A model generated the notes under the pieces. It saw only the letters and a list, made by a program, of their open reading frames with translations. It was not told the DNA's origin and ran no database searches. A stretch of 64,000 bases of DNA, taken from the NCBI GenBank assembly GCA_013416795.1, contig RQSC01000015.1:229696-293695 (forward strand). Reading direction: 5' to 3'. The translations under genes were made by a program, and so were the position numbers. This stretch comes from Prasinococcaceae sp. CCMP 1430 (Eukaryota > Plantae > Prasinodermophyta). Shown here in pieces: positions 11,651-20,912 of the stretch (within the stretch, counting starts at the first letter, position 1; each line of letters opens with the position of its first letter).

Positions 11651-12094
11651 CTAGTTCCTTTCCTTGCGGCCACCGCCGCCCTTATCGGCGGTATCGTACA
11701 GCTCAGCCTCGAAGTCCCACTCCTCCTCGTACGTCGAGACCTTCCCGACAGTCTTTTTGAAAAACAACAGCTGAGCAATCTTCACCAAGGGCGGGATACC
11801 GAAGAGCACCGAGGCGAAGATGGTCACTACGGAGCGCGAGCGTTGGTAGGCGGATGCGATGCGCGGTGCACGTGCGTCGTCAGCAACTGGGGCCTGCGGT
11901 CGCAGTGCGCACGCCTTTCTCGCGAGGGCGTTCGCAGCGAGGCAGGCTCGCACATCTCTCTCATAGCCCACGCATACTGAAGGAAGGACACCGCGCGCGG
12001 GCCATCGATGCGCGCTGCGCCTGCGTGCCCACGCGCGCGGGATCACTGCGCAGGGCCGCGCGTCCAACGCACTGTACATGTACACCTCCTCCAT
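11651..12094 (-). CDS. Small 65-aa single-pass membrane protein (exons 12094-12073 and 11826-11651)
   Basis: Exon 1 is ATG GAG GAG GTG TAC ATG TAC A|GTGCGT, followed by a 246-nt intron with GCTGAC branch and ...CCGTAG acceptor. The spliced product is MEEVYMYMTIFASVLFGIPPLVKIAQLLFFKKTVGKVSTYEEEWDFEAELYDTADKGGGGRKERN. Confidence 0.6.
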   Translation of the reverse strand: MEEVYMYSALDARPCAVIPRAWARRRSAHRWPARGVLPSVCVGYERDVRACLAANALARKACALRPQAPVADDARAPRIASAYQRSRSVVTIFASVLFGIPPLVKIAQLLFFKKTVGKVSTYEEEWDFEAELYDTADKGGGGRKERN

Positions 12095-12461
12095 GGACGT
12101 TGACGTGACGAGACCAACGCGAGCGCGCACCGCAGCACCGGGCCAGCCCGCCACGCGCCGTAGTAGCGTGCACGTGCGGCTCCGTCTGCGCGGCACGCCC
12201 CAACGCGCCTTAGCTCCGTCCAACTCTCCCCACCCCCCCCCTCCAGGCCCCGCGCAGGATGCACCGCCGCCCGAAGCCTGGGAGAGGGGCGCGCCGGGAG
12301 AAGGGGGGGTAGGGGGGCAACCCGCCGCGCCAGCGCGCCCGGCTCGGCCGCGCGCCGCCCCGCGGTGTGGTCAGCTCCGCACGCCCGGCTCTGCCCCGCA
12401 CCGCACCGCAGCAGCAGCGAATGCCCGCGCTCGGGGAATTTGCTGCACCCAAAATCAACAG

Positions 12462-12490
12462 GGGTTAGGGTTTATGAATTAGGGTTTAGG
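12462..12490 (-). promoter_or_regulatory. Telo-box / interstitial telomere-like repeats (TTAGGGTTT x2)
   Basis: GGGTTAGGGTTT-ATGAA-TTAGGGTTTAGG; reads AAACCCTAA on the minus strand, in the intergenic region upstream of the small membrane-protein gene. Confidence 0.5.
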
Positions 12491-12543
12491 TACACGCGAA
12501 TTGAGTGCGCACGCGTCGTTGCATCCTTCTGAGGTGTACTGTG

Positions 12544-15500
12544 CTACTTGCTCGCCGCCTCGTCGGCGAGCACCTGCGCGATGGTGGCCATCACCTTCTC
12601 ACCAGCGCCCGCGGCGGCGTCCCCCCGCCCGCGCTTCGCCTCGATGCACCGGCGCAGCTCGGCGTCGAGCAGGAGACGCAACTCCTTGCACAGCACGGCG
12701 GTCTGCGCGGGAGCCCGCACGCGCAGAATGCCATCGACGAGCACCTCGGAGGCGTCGTGCAGCACGTTGAGCTCGCCGCCGAATAGGAGCAGCGAGATGG
12801 GAGACACACACGTGACGTCCCGAATCCATGCACGGCTGGTTTGCACCTTCTCGTGGAACGCAACGAATGGAAACCTCAGGCGGCCCTCCGCCGCGGCGGC
12901 GTGCAATGCGCTCGAGGGATGCACAGCAACCTCGCCCTTCTCGTCCTTGTACGTAGTCTTGCGGCGCACACTGCCACCTTTCACCTCCACAGTTGTAGCG
13001 GCTGCCACGTTCGGGTACAGCCCGGCTACCAGCACCGCCTTCACCATCTCTGGCGTCGAGGCGTGGGCATTCCACGGAGCTCGCATGTCGTCGGCCTTGG
13101 CGTGGTCCCCGCTTGAATCGACCAGCCCAGCGTCGCGCAGCAGCGTAAAGAACTGCCCACGGAGGTCGGTGATCATGCCCAAAGCAGGCTCACTGAGCCA
13201 GTGGCGTCGGCAGACCTGGCGCGCTGCACTCGCGCCAGCAGTGCGCTTGGTGTGCCGGTAGGCGTTGTACGCAGCAGCACTCGACAGGTGGTCGCTCTCC
13301 TGACCGGCCGAGAGCCTCACGCCCGGCAGTGCGCCCGCGCTGCCCTTGGGCGGCATGCCAGACGGCGGTAGCGGCGCAGCGAATGCCCTGCGCGCACTGT
13401 CACTCGCCTCCCTGGCGTCCATGGAGCTCGCAAAGGGCGACTTGTTGCTGAGGCACGCGGCAATCGTGAGCACCGGATCCAGACAGCGCAGCAGCGCGCC
13501 GAAGACCAGCATCTTGCCCACGCGCACGTCGACTGGCAACGCCGCCAGGTGGTGGCCGAGCGGTGTGAGCTCTTCCTCTTCGTCCATCGCTCCCACCTCG
13601 CGCAGCGTCTGCAGCGCGACTGCGACGGTGCCAGCCGCCGGCGGCTCAACCGTGCGCGCGAGCACTTCCGCGCAGGAGCCCACGTTGAGCAGCTTGATCT
13701 GTAGGCAGGTGTCCGCCAGCGGCACGCGCACAATCTCGGGTTGTGTGAACTCACGCATGCGGCGCTCCAGACGAGCGCGCGTGTAGAGCGCATAGAACGT
13801 GCCGGGCTGCACACGCCCCGCGCGACCCTTGCGCTGCTGCGAGGCTGCACGGCTCACAAACTCCTCCACGAGCGCCGTCATGCGCCGCGCGGGCGAGTAC
13901 TGCATGTTCTTCACCTTGCCGGTGTCGACCACAAACACGACATCGTCGATGGTAATGCTTGTCTCCATGATGTTCGTGCCCAGCACGATCTTGCGCACGC
14001 CCTCGGGCGGTCGGTCAAAGACTCGCTTTTGTTCAGCGGGAGGAAGCTGCGAGTGCAGCGGGAGCACCCAGCGCGCGCTAGGACCACGCCCGAAGCGCCG
14101 CGTGGCACGCAGCTGATCGAGCAGCGACGAGATCTCGCCCGCGCCGGGCAGAAAGACCAGCACGGCGCCAGGTCCACACGACTCATCGATGTGTTCGAGC
14201 ACGCGCTCGATGAGCTCGTAGTCGATGCGCGACTCATCCATGCGGCGCAGCGAAAATTTCGTGACGGCAGAGTACTCTGGCCCGTAGTCATCGCTGTCGT
14301 AGTCGGGGTTGAGCGCGTCGCCGTCGATCTCGTCGTCACCCCACCCCGCGACGACGCGCTGGCGGACCTTGTCGCTGATAGCTCCTGACAGCGCGGGCGA
14401 GGAGTTTTTGTTGGCACGACGCCCGCGTATTGCCGCCGGCGAGTCCTCCCCCAGCGAGTATTCACACATCTCAATGACATCCTCGAGGTAGTGGGCCTGC
14501 ACGGGGAAAGTGCGCCCCTCGGCACTCACGTGGGGGCAGCCCCCAAAGTATCCGGAGAATCGCCCAGCGTCGAGCGTGGCGCTCATCAGCACCACCTTGA
14601 GCGGGTCGCCTCGCGCGCGTCGCCGCGCCACGACGTCGCGAAGGAGCACCAGCAGAAAATCAGACTGCAGGGAGCGCTCGTGCACCTCGTCCACCATGCA
14701 GTGTGACACTTCGTCGAGGTCAGGATCTGACGCCAGCCGGCGTAGAAGGATCCCCGTGGTGCAGAAGAGCAGCCGCGTTGAGTCCGTCGCGGCCGCGTCG
14801 AGGCGCACATGGTAGCCCACCATGCTGCCCTTGCGGCCAGGCGGCTTGTCGCAGCGCTCCTGTGCCACGCGCTCTGCCACAGAGATGGCGGCGATGCGCC
14901 GCGGCTGCGTGCAAACTACGTTGCACGCGTCTCCCCGCCCGCTGAGTAAGCCCTCCTCGAGCAGATACTGAGGGACCTGCGTTGTCTTCCCCGAGCCCGT
15001 TTGGCCCGAAAGCACCACAACGTCGTGCTCCTTGAGAGCGTCGATGATCTCCTGTCGGACCTGCGCGATCGGGAGCTTTCGTCGCTTGGACTCCATGTCA
15101 GCATAGTCCCTTCGCTTGCGCAGCGCCTCGAAAGCGCGCTTGATTTGCTGCCCCTCCCGCGGGCCCGAGCCGCGCACGTGGCGCTTGAGGCTTCCCTGTT
15201 GCCCTGCCGCACTAGGGACCCCGGTCTCGTCGTCCGCCGAACGCCCGCCGCTATCGCCGGTCGCATCAGCCCCCGCGCCAGGATCGGCGCGCGCGTCTGC
15301 GCCAGCGGCAACATCAGCGCCCACGAGCGAGTCAATGAAGTCCTGCTTCTTGTCGAATTCGCCACGAGCGGCCGCCTGCGCCTCCTCTGCGCTCCGCGCC
15401 TCGAGGCGGGACCAGAGCTCGCTATACGGTCGCGGTAGCGTCCGTGCGAGCGGCTGGTCGGGCAGCAAAGCGAAGAGAGCCACGGTCGCGGCGGCGTTCT

Positions 15501-17148
15501 GCGCAGCTTGCACCGTGCGCAGCGCCTCTATCCCACCGGCGGCAGTCTGCGATGACAGCAGCCATTCTGTGTCCTCGGAGGTCAAACCCGCCTCCACGGG
15601 CCCACTGGGGCGCGCTGAGCCCGACGCCCCCTTCCTGCGACGCTGCTGCGGCGCCGCCACGTGCGCGACGTAGCGCAGCGCCTGCGGGAACGCCAGATCG
15701 GCGTCGCGCCTCTCGAATCGCGGCGGCGGCAGTCCCTGTTTCTGGCAGTGCGCCTGTAGGACGGCCTTTGGGAGGCGCTGCTGCTCAAGCGCCTTAGCCT
15801 GCGCTGCTTTGGCGGCCAGCCGCGGGTCCGATTTGAGCTTGGAGCGTTTGCCCCGCGAGTAGTCCCCCCACATCTCGAGGCCGGGCTCTACCGCGGGCTC
15901 AGGAGCCAGACTTGGCGTCGCCTCATCGGGCAGCGAGTCCCACACATCCGCCAGGTCGAAGCCATCCTCGTCACTCGAGACTGCAGCACGGGCAGCGGCA
16001 GTGGCGGGCGCAGCAGCGCATGCACCAGAAGCAGCAGCCTCGCACTCGGCACCGCCGCCTGCCTCGAGCCCACACCCGCCTGTGCCACCGGTGGTGCTAC
16101 TGCCACCGATGTCCCCTCCGCCATCGGCACCGTCCTCCAATCCGCCATCGTCGCCATCCCCGAGCGGATCCTCAAGGACGAATTCGCTGCCGTCGCTGTC
16201 ACTGTCGCCGCCAGTCACCGCCGCCTCGGCCGCCTCTGCACGAGCCTGCGCGGCGGCAAGGGCCTTCGCCGCGGCCCTGGGCCCGAGTTCAAGTTCCTGC
16301 TGCGTCAATTTGAGTGCATCCGCCTCGGCCTTGAGCTCCCTGATCGCCATACCTGCCTCCCTCTGCGCGTCCTTCTCGCCGCGTTTCTTGGCGGCTACGG
16401 CCGCCTCCTTCGCGCGCGCGTACTCGCTTGCGATGAGCTCGCCGTGCTCGTCACGCGGCAGCGCCGCGCGTCGCGCGGCCTCGCGGCGCTCTGCTGCGCG
16501 GCGCTCGCGCTCGCGAGCATCGCCGCACACGAGCCAGTCCTCGATGCCGGCATCCAGCTCACCCTCGCTTACGTCGTCCTGCTCTTCCTCCGACTCGTCG
16601 TAGTTCTGCAGGATCCAGCGCCTCGCCGCCTGCGCGTCGTCCTCTGCCGAGGCGCCGCCTCGCCTGGCCGCGCGCGCGGGCATCGCGGCAGCCGCCGCCT
16701 TGGCAGCCTCGGCCTGCGCCGCCTTGTCGCGCGCCTTCTGCTCTTTCGCCCGCGCGGCCTCCTCGGCCTTGCTGAGCTTCTTCTGCTTGGACTTGACGGC
16801 CACTGAGCCGCCCTTGGCGGCGTTGCTGAGGTCTGAGGCGCGCACAGACCGCGCGAACTTGGCCGGAAGCTCGTGGGCGGGCACGTTCATGCACAGCCAG
16901 TCGAGCGCGTCGCCCGTTGTGGGTAGCTTGCCTGCGTACGCATCGGCAAGCCGCTCGAGCGCCGCGCGGATCTGCGCCTCCGTGAAGCCCTTCGCGGCGA
17001 GCTCGCCATAGATGGCGTCGAGCCGCTTGGCAAGCTTCTTGCCGCCCGCGCGCGCCGCGCCGCCGCCACCTGCCGGCGCATTGACTCCGCCTCCGTGCGC
17101 CGCGAGGAGCTCGCGCACGGCGTCCTCGGCACCCTCCGACAGGTTCAC
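12544..17148 (-). CDS. DExH-box RNA helicase, DHX29/DHX57 (plant DExH7-like) family, >1530 aa; 5' end unresolved
   Basis: Motifs [45 protein letters not shown] and QRKGRAGR, plus HA2 and OB-fold C-terminus. The N-terminal UBA-like ALDWLCMNVP..ELP and a dsRBD-like LPKAVLQAHCQK are present. Confidence 0.88.
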   Translation of the reverse strand: MNLSEGAEDAVRELLAAHGGGVNAPAGGGGAARAGGKKLAKRLDAIYGELAAKGFTEAQIRAALERLADAYAGKLPTTGDALDWLCMNVPAHELPAKFARSVRASDLSNAAKGGSVAVKSKQKKLSKAEEAARAKEQKARDKAAQAEAAKAAAAAMPARAARRGGASAEDDAQAARRWILQNYDESEEEQDDVSEGELDAGIEDWLVCGDARERERRAAERREAARRAALPRDEHGELIASEYARAKEAAVAAKKRGEKDAQREAGMAIRELKAEADALKLTQQELELGPRAAAKALAAAQARAEAAEAAVTGGDSDSDGSEFVLEDPLGDGDDGGLEDGADGGGDIGGSSTTGGTGGCGLEAGGGAECEAAASGACAAAPATAAARAAVSSDEDGFDLADVWDSLPDEATPSLAPEPAVEPGLEMWGDYSRGKRSKLKSDPRLAAKAAQAKALEQQRLPKAVLQAHCQKQGLPPPRFERRDADLAFPQALRYVAHVAAPQQRRRKGASGSARPSGPVEAGLTSEDTEWLLSSQTAAGGIEALRTVQAAQNAAATVALFALLPDQPLARTLPRPYSELWSRLEARSAEEAQAAARGEFDKKQDFIDSLVGADVAAGADARADPGAGADATGDSGGRSADDETGVPSAAGQQGSLKRHVRGSGPREGQQIKRAFEALRKRRDYADMESKRRKLPIAQVRQEIIDALKEHDVVVLSGQTGSGKTTQVPQYLLEEGLLSGRGDACNVVCTQPRRIAAISVAERVAQERCDKPPGRKGSMVGYHVRLDAAATDSTRLLFCTTGILLRRLASDPDLDEVSHCMVDEVHERSLQSDFLLVLLRDVVARRRARGDPLKVVLMSATLDAGRFSGYFGGCPHVSAEGRTFPVQAHYLEDVIEMCEYSLGEDSPAAIRGRRANKNSSPALSGAISDKVRQRVVAGWGDDEIDGDALNPDYDSDDYGPEYSAVTKFSLRRMDESRIDYELIERVLEHIDESCGPGAVLVFLPGAGEISSLLDQLRATRRFGRGPSARWVLPLHSQLPPAEQKRVFDRPPEGVRKIVLGTNIMETSITIDDVVFVVDTGKVKNMQYSPARRMTALVEEFVSRAASQQRKGRAGRVQPGTFYALYTRARLERRMREFTQPEIVRVPLADTCLQIKLLNVGSCAEVLARTVEPPAAGTVAVALQTLREVGAMDEEEELTPLGHHLAALPVDVRVGKMLVFGALLRCLDPVLTIAACLSNKSPFASSMDAREASDSARRAFAAPLPPSGMPPKGSAGALPGVRLSAGQESDHLSSAAAYNAYRHTKRTAGASAARQVCRRHWLSEPALGMITDLRGQFFTLLRDAGLVDSSGDHAKADDMRAPWNAHASTPEMVKAVLVAGLYPNVAAATTVEVKGGSVRRKTTYKDEKGEVAVHPSSALHAAAAEGRLRFPFVAFHEKVQTSRAWIRDVTCVSPISLLLFGGELNVLHDASEVLVDGILRVRAPAQTAVLCKELRLLLDAELRRCIEAKRGRGDAAAGAGEKVMATIAQVLADEAASK

Positions 17149-17728
17149 GCGCGCCCCACCGCCTTGTCGATCGCACGGGCGTGTGCCTGCCCGCGGGCGT
17201 CACCGGCCTCGCCAGCGGCGCCGCCGCCCTCGCCGCGGCCAGCGCATGATCCACCGAGGCGCGAATTTGCGTGTCTGACAGCGGTCGTACGCCACCGCTC
17301 GCGAGGTTGGAGCCGTTCGTTGCGCTCACACCGCCAGCGCCGCCCTCGTGCGCTTCTCCCGAAGTCAGCCGCCTATCGAGAGATGCAAGGATGGCAGAAA
17401 CTGGATCGAGGCCCTCGGCGAGCGCCTCAGGCGGNCGCGCGCCCGGCGCGCGCCGGCGCGCGTTGGCCACCCAAAGCCCCGCGCGCATCGGTCGAGCCGG
17501 GGGCGCCCGCGAATATCGCGGAAAGCGGAGGAATTCGCCCGGGCGGAAGCGGACGTTCGCGCCGCGCGACGCGCGCACAGTGGAAGGCCGTTTCGGCACA
17601 CGGGACGGCGGAGCGGCGAATTCGCGCAATCGCCAATTCGGCGCGGGTGCGGTCGTGGCGGCGCACGCGCGCGGGTGACTCGCGTGCGCTCACCCAGCCA
17701 GTGGGTGCGCGCCGCGCTGCGCCGTGGN

Positions 17729-17996
17729 AGCCGAAGCCCGTGAGATACGATCGCCAGAGCTCATCCGAGCGCTTGACCTTGCTCGGGGGGAACTGCTTCT
17801 TCATGAACGCCAGCACGGACAGGGAAGGGTCGAGCACATCGGCCGAGTGCTGGTGGTACTTGCCGAGCACCAGGTGGGGGTGGCGGCTGACAGTGCCCGA
17901 CGTGGGCAAGAGCTCGCCCGTCATGAGCTTCAGCAGCGTGCTTTTGCCGCAGCCGTTCGGTCCTACCAACGCCACGCGCGAGTCACAGTCCACCCC
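17729..17996 (-). pseudogene. Isolated fragment of an ABC-F (ABCF2/GCN20-like) second NBD; no start, no signature motif, cut at an N
   Basis: [29 protein letters not shown]...[10 protein letters not shown]...YLTGFG. Bounded by N at 17728 and a poly-C run at about 17991-18000. Confidence 0.7.
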
Positions 17997-18019
17997 CCCC
18001 TCTCCTTCCCCCGGCACTC

Positions 18020-19741
18020 GTGGCCAGTGAGGGAAAGGAGAGCGGCGCAGGGAGCGACGAGGGCGCCGAGCGAGAGAGCACCGGCGGCTCGGACGTGGAG
18101 CGTCAGGGCCGCCAGAACGGCAGCCCCGGAGCGTTGGAGAAGCTCTTCATCGCGCTGCGCTGGCTGCGGCTGGGGCGCTTCCTGCGCGTGGGGCTTTTCG
18201 TGCTGCTGGCGAGCTCACTCGTCTCCAACGTGTCCGCCATGTTCACGCGCGGGCGCCCACCTGCGCCTTCCGCCGTGCTGTACTCTCGCTTCCTGGACTC
18301 GGTGCGCGCGGACGAGGTCGACTCGGTGCGCTTTATCGAGGGCACGAAGCGGATCCAATTTGTAAAGAAGGCCGACAAGGAGAAGGCCGAGGCGATGAAC
18401 AAGGAGAGGGCCGCGGCCGAGAAGGGGAAAGAGAAGATGATTCAGAAGGTGGTCCCCGATGCGTACGTCACGCGGCGAGTCGACGACGACCGTGAGCTGC
18501 TGTCGACGCTCACGAAGCACGGCGTCGAGTACGGCGCCGAGGCGGCGAGCTTCGGGTCTTCGGTGCAGCGCATGCTCATGACGGTGCTTGCGCTTTGGCT
18601 GCCGCTACTGCCCCTGTTCTTCATCGCGCGGAGGGCCATGGGTGGGCGCGATGGCGGCAACGCCAAGCGCCGAAAAAAGGGCGACGACAACGGCCAGCCG
18701 CGCATCACCTTCAAGGACGTGGCGGGCATCCCCGAGGCGAAGGCCGAACTGCAGGAGGTGGTGAACTACCTGCGCAATCCGGGCAAGTACCGCGCCGTGG
18801 GTGCCAAGCTGCCGACCGGCGTGCTCCTGTGCGGGCCGCCGGGCACGGGCAAGACCCTGCTCGCGCGTGCCGTCGCTGGCGAGGCTGGTGTGCCCTTCTT
18901 CAGCGCGAACGCGTCCGAGTTTGTTGAGATGTTCGTCGGGCGTGGCGCGGCACGCGTGCGCGAGCTCTTCCGCGAGGCCAAGTCGAAAGCGCCGGCTGTG
19001 CTCTTCATCGATGAGGTTGACGCCGTGGGAGCGCGCCGCGGCATGGCCTCCAACGACGAGCGCGACCAGACGCTCAACCAGATGCTCGCTGAGATGGACG
19101 GCTTCGATGGCGGCGGCAACGTGGTCGTGATCTTCGCCACCAACAGAGAGGAGGTGCTCGACCCGGCGCTGTGCCGGCCCGGTCGCATCGCGAGGCGTGT
19201 GACAGTCGGTGTGCCTGATGAGGAGGGTAGGCGTGCCATCCTTGCCGTTCACCTCAGGGACGTGCCGGTGGCGCCATCGCCTGTGGGCGTAGAGGAGGGC
19301 GTGTCGGGGGCGGCGGCGGGCACGGGCAGCAGCAGCACGGCCGCAGGCACTGCAAGCGCAACCATGGACGCGACGGTCGCAGGCGCGGCCGTCTCGGCTG
19401 CCGAGGAAGCGGCAGCCAAGGAGCGCGTGATCGTAGCCGTGGCAGCCGTCACGGCAGGATTCGCCGGCGCGGAGCTTGCCAACGTGGTCAACGAGGGCGC
19501 GCTCTTAGCCGCACGTGGTGGACGCGATAGGGTGCAGCTGGAGAATTTCATGGAAGCTGTCGAGCGTGCCAAGGTCGGCGTCGGCGCCGAGGGCATCGGC
19601 GCCGATATACAAAAGGCCGCCGCGCGATGGATGGGCCGCGTTGCCACGCAGGCCACGGAAGCGCTGGACGGTGGCAAAGGCGGCCCGGGCGGTCCGGGCG
19701 GCCCTCCAGGCGGCGGTGCGCGGGCGGTGACGCTGTCGTGA
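18020..19741 (+). CDS. FTSHI3: Protease-inactive FtsH-like AAA ATPase (FtsHi3-like); 5' end probably truncated
   Basis: Two TM segments, FKDVAG, Walker A GPPGTGKT, Walker [15 protein letters not shown] and ATNR..LD.AL.RPGR. It ends shortly after the AAA domain with no HExxH M41 domain, and the C-terminal TLS resembles plant FtsHi3. The frame begins at GTG with no upstream ATG. Confidence 0.8.
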   Translation: MASEGKESGAGSDEGAERESTGGSDVERQGRQNGSPGALEKLFIALRWLRLGRFLRVGLFVLLASSLVSNVSAMFTRGRPPAPSAVLYSRFLDSVRADEVDSVRFIEGTKRIQFVKKADKEKAEAMNKERAAAEKGKEKMIQKVVPDAYVTRRVDDDRELLSTLTKHGVEYGAEAASFGSSVQRMLMTVLALWLPLLPLFFIARRAMGGRDGGNAKRRKKGDDNGQPRITFKDVAGIPEAKAELQEVVNYLRNPGKYRAVGAKLPTGVLLCGPPGTGKTLLARAVAGEAGVPFFSANASEFVEMFVGRGAARVRELFREAKSKAPAVLFIDEVDAVGARRGMASNDERDQTLNQMLAEMDGFDGGGNVVVIFATNREEVLDPALCRPGRIARRVTVGVPDEEGRRAILAVHLRDVPVAPSPVGVEEGVSGAAAGTGSSSTAAGTASATMDATVAGAAVSAAEEAAAKERVIVAVAAVTAGFAGAELANVVNEGALLAARGGRDRVQLENFMEAVERAKVGVGAEGIGADIQKAAARWMGRVATQATEALDGGKGGPGGPGGPPGGGARAVTLS

Positions 19742-20388
19742 CCTCGACATGCTCTCCTAAGTATGATTTGCAAGTTTCGTGTGCACCCTGCGCGTGTGAT
19801 CGAACGCAGCCAACGCATACGCACTCAACCACGACCCAGAGCGCACTCGCTGCCCAGCGCCCTCCGGGCCTGTGTCCCCTTTCGTGCACGGATTGCGATG
19901 ATCTGGCTCACGAAACAGATCCAAAAAACGAAAAATAGCCATGGCCGGCGCGTCCGCCACACTGCGCCCACGTAGTGCAGCCTGCCAAGAGGGCGCGCCG
20001 GTCTCTCCGCCGTCAAATACGCGGCGCAGACAGGATAGAACGGGCAAGCAGGCAGCGCAGGTGGGGGGGGGGGGGCGACGCGCCCGTGCTTTAAGCATGG
20101 CGCGCCGCGGGCGTGGCAGTGACCGGCATGGCCGTCGGGCACTCGCTGCGTTCTCGTGCGCAGGCGTGGTTGCGTGCTTGGCTGTGGGCGGGGCCGTGCC
20201 GGCGCAAGGCCAGGGGGCGAGAGGTGCGCTGGCCAAATGACGTGCTTGCATGCCCGCGTGCTTGATGCACGCACGCGAGCGCGAGTGCATGTGTGCGTGC
20301 GCTCTCGCGCGCTCGCACGCGTGCGCTATGCGAGGACGTTTCGTTGCGTTGACACCATGTCGCCGTGGCTCCGCGAAACATCCCGCAG

Positions 20389-20786
20389 GAGACAGCAGCA
20401 GAAAGTATCGCCGCCCGCAGGGGACCGACCCGCGCGTGTTTGGCACGCCCCGTCAACCAGAGCTGGGTCGTCAGGCGAAGGCAGCATCGATGGCGCGAAG
20501 CATCGATGGCGCAAAGCGCTCACTGCGACAGGTCGAGGACGAGGGCGCAGGACTCGGTGTGCCTGTGGAAATACATCAGCACGAGGAGGTGGTTCTGGAG
20601 GGGCAGGCTGACTGCGCCGAGGCGCCCACCGACGCGTTCGATGACAGCATGCCTGTCTTTGTGCGACGCAAGGAGCTCGGTAGCGAACAGAAGAAGGAGC
20701 TAGCCAAGCGGATCGCCGCCGACAAGGAGCGACAGCGCCGCAAGCAGAGGCTCGGAGGGGAGGGAACGCTGCTGGAGACGTACTGA
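20389..20786 (+). CDS. Hypothetical protein (last exon); upstream exon(s) uncertain, possibly from ATG 19941
   Basis: Coding-like frame after a CCCGCAG acceptor, with a charged C-terminus (KKELAKRIAADKERQRRKQR), TGA at 20784-20786 and TGTAA at about 20883. No family recognised. Confidence 0.45.
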
Positions 20787-20912
20787 GAATCGCGCCACTC
20801 ACGTTGCGTCGCTGCTGGGCATTCAATGTACTGTAGACTAGTACTACTGCTACCCTGTACAAAAGCAATTGTGTTACATACATGTAAGATACGATACATG
20901 TGGGTCCGTCTC

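Noticed and set aside
11955-11977. 23-nt micro-exon-like segment (CCTTCAG|...|GTGCGA) in the microprotein intron
   Set aside because: Inclusion shifts the frame and creates an immediate stop, and it has no branch motif. At most it is a poison exon, with no evidence for that.
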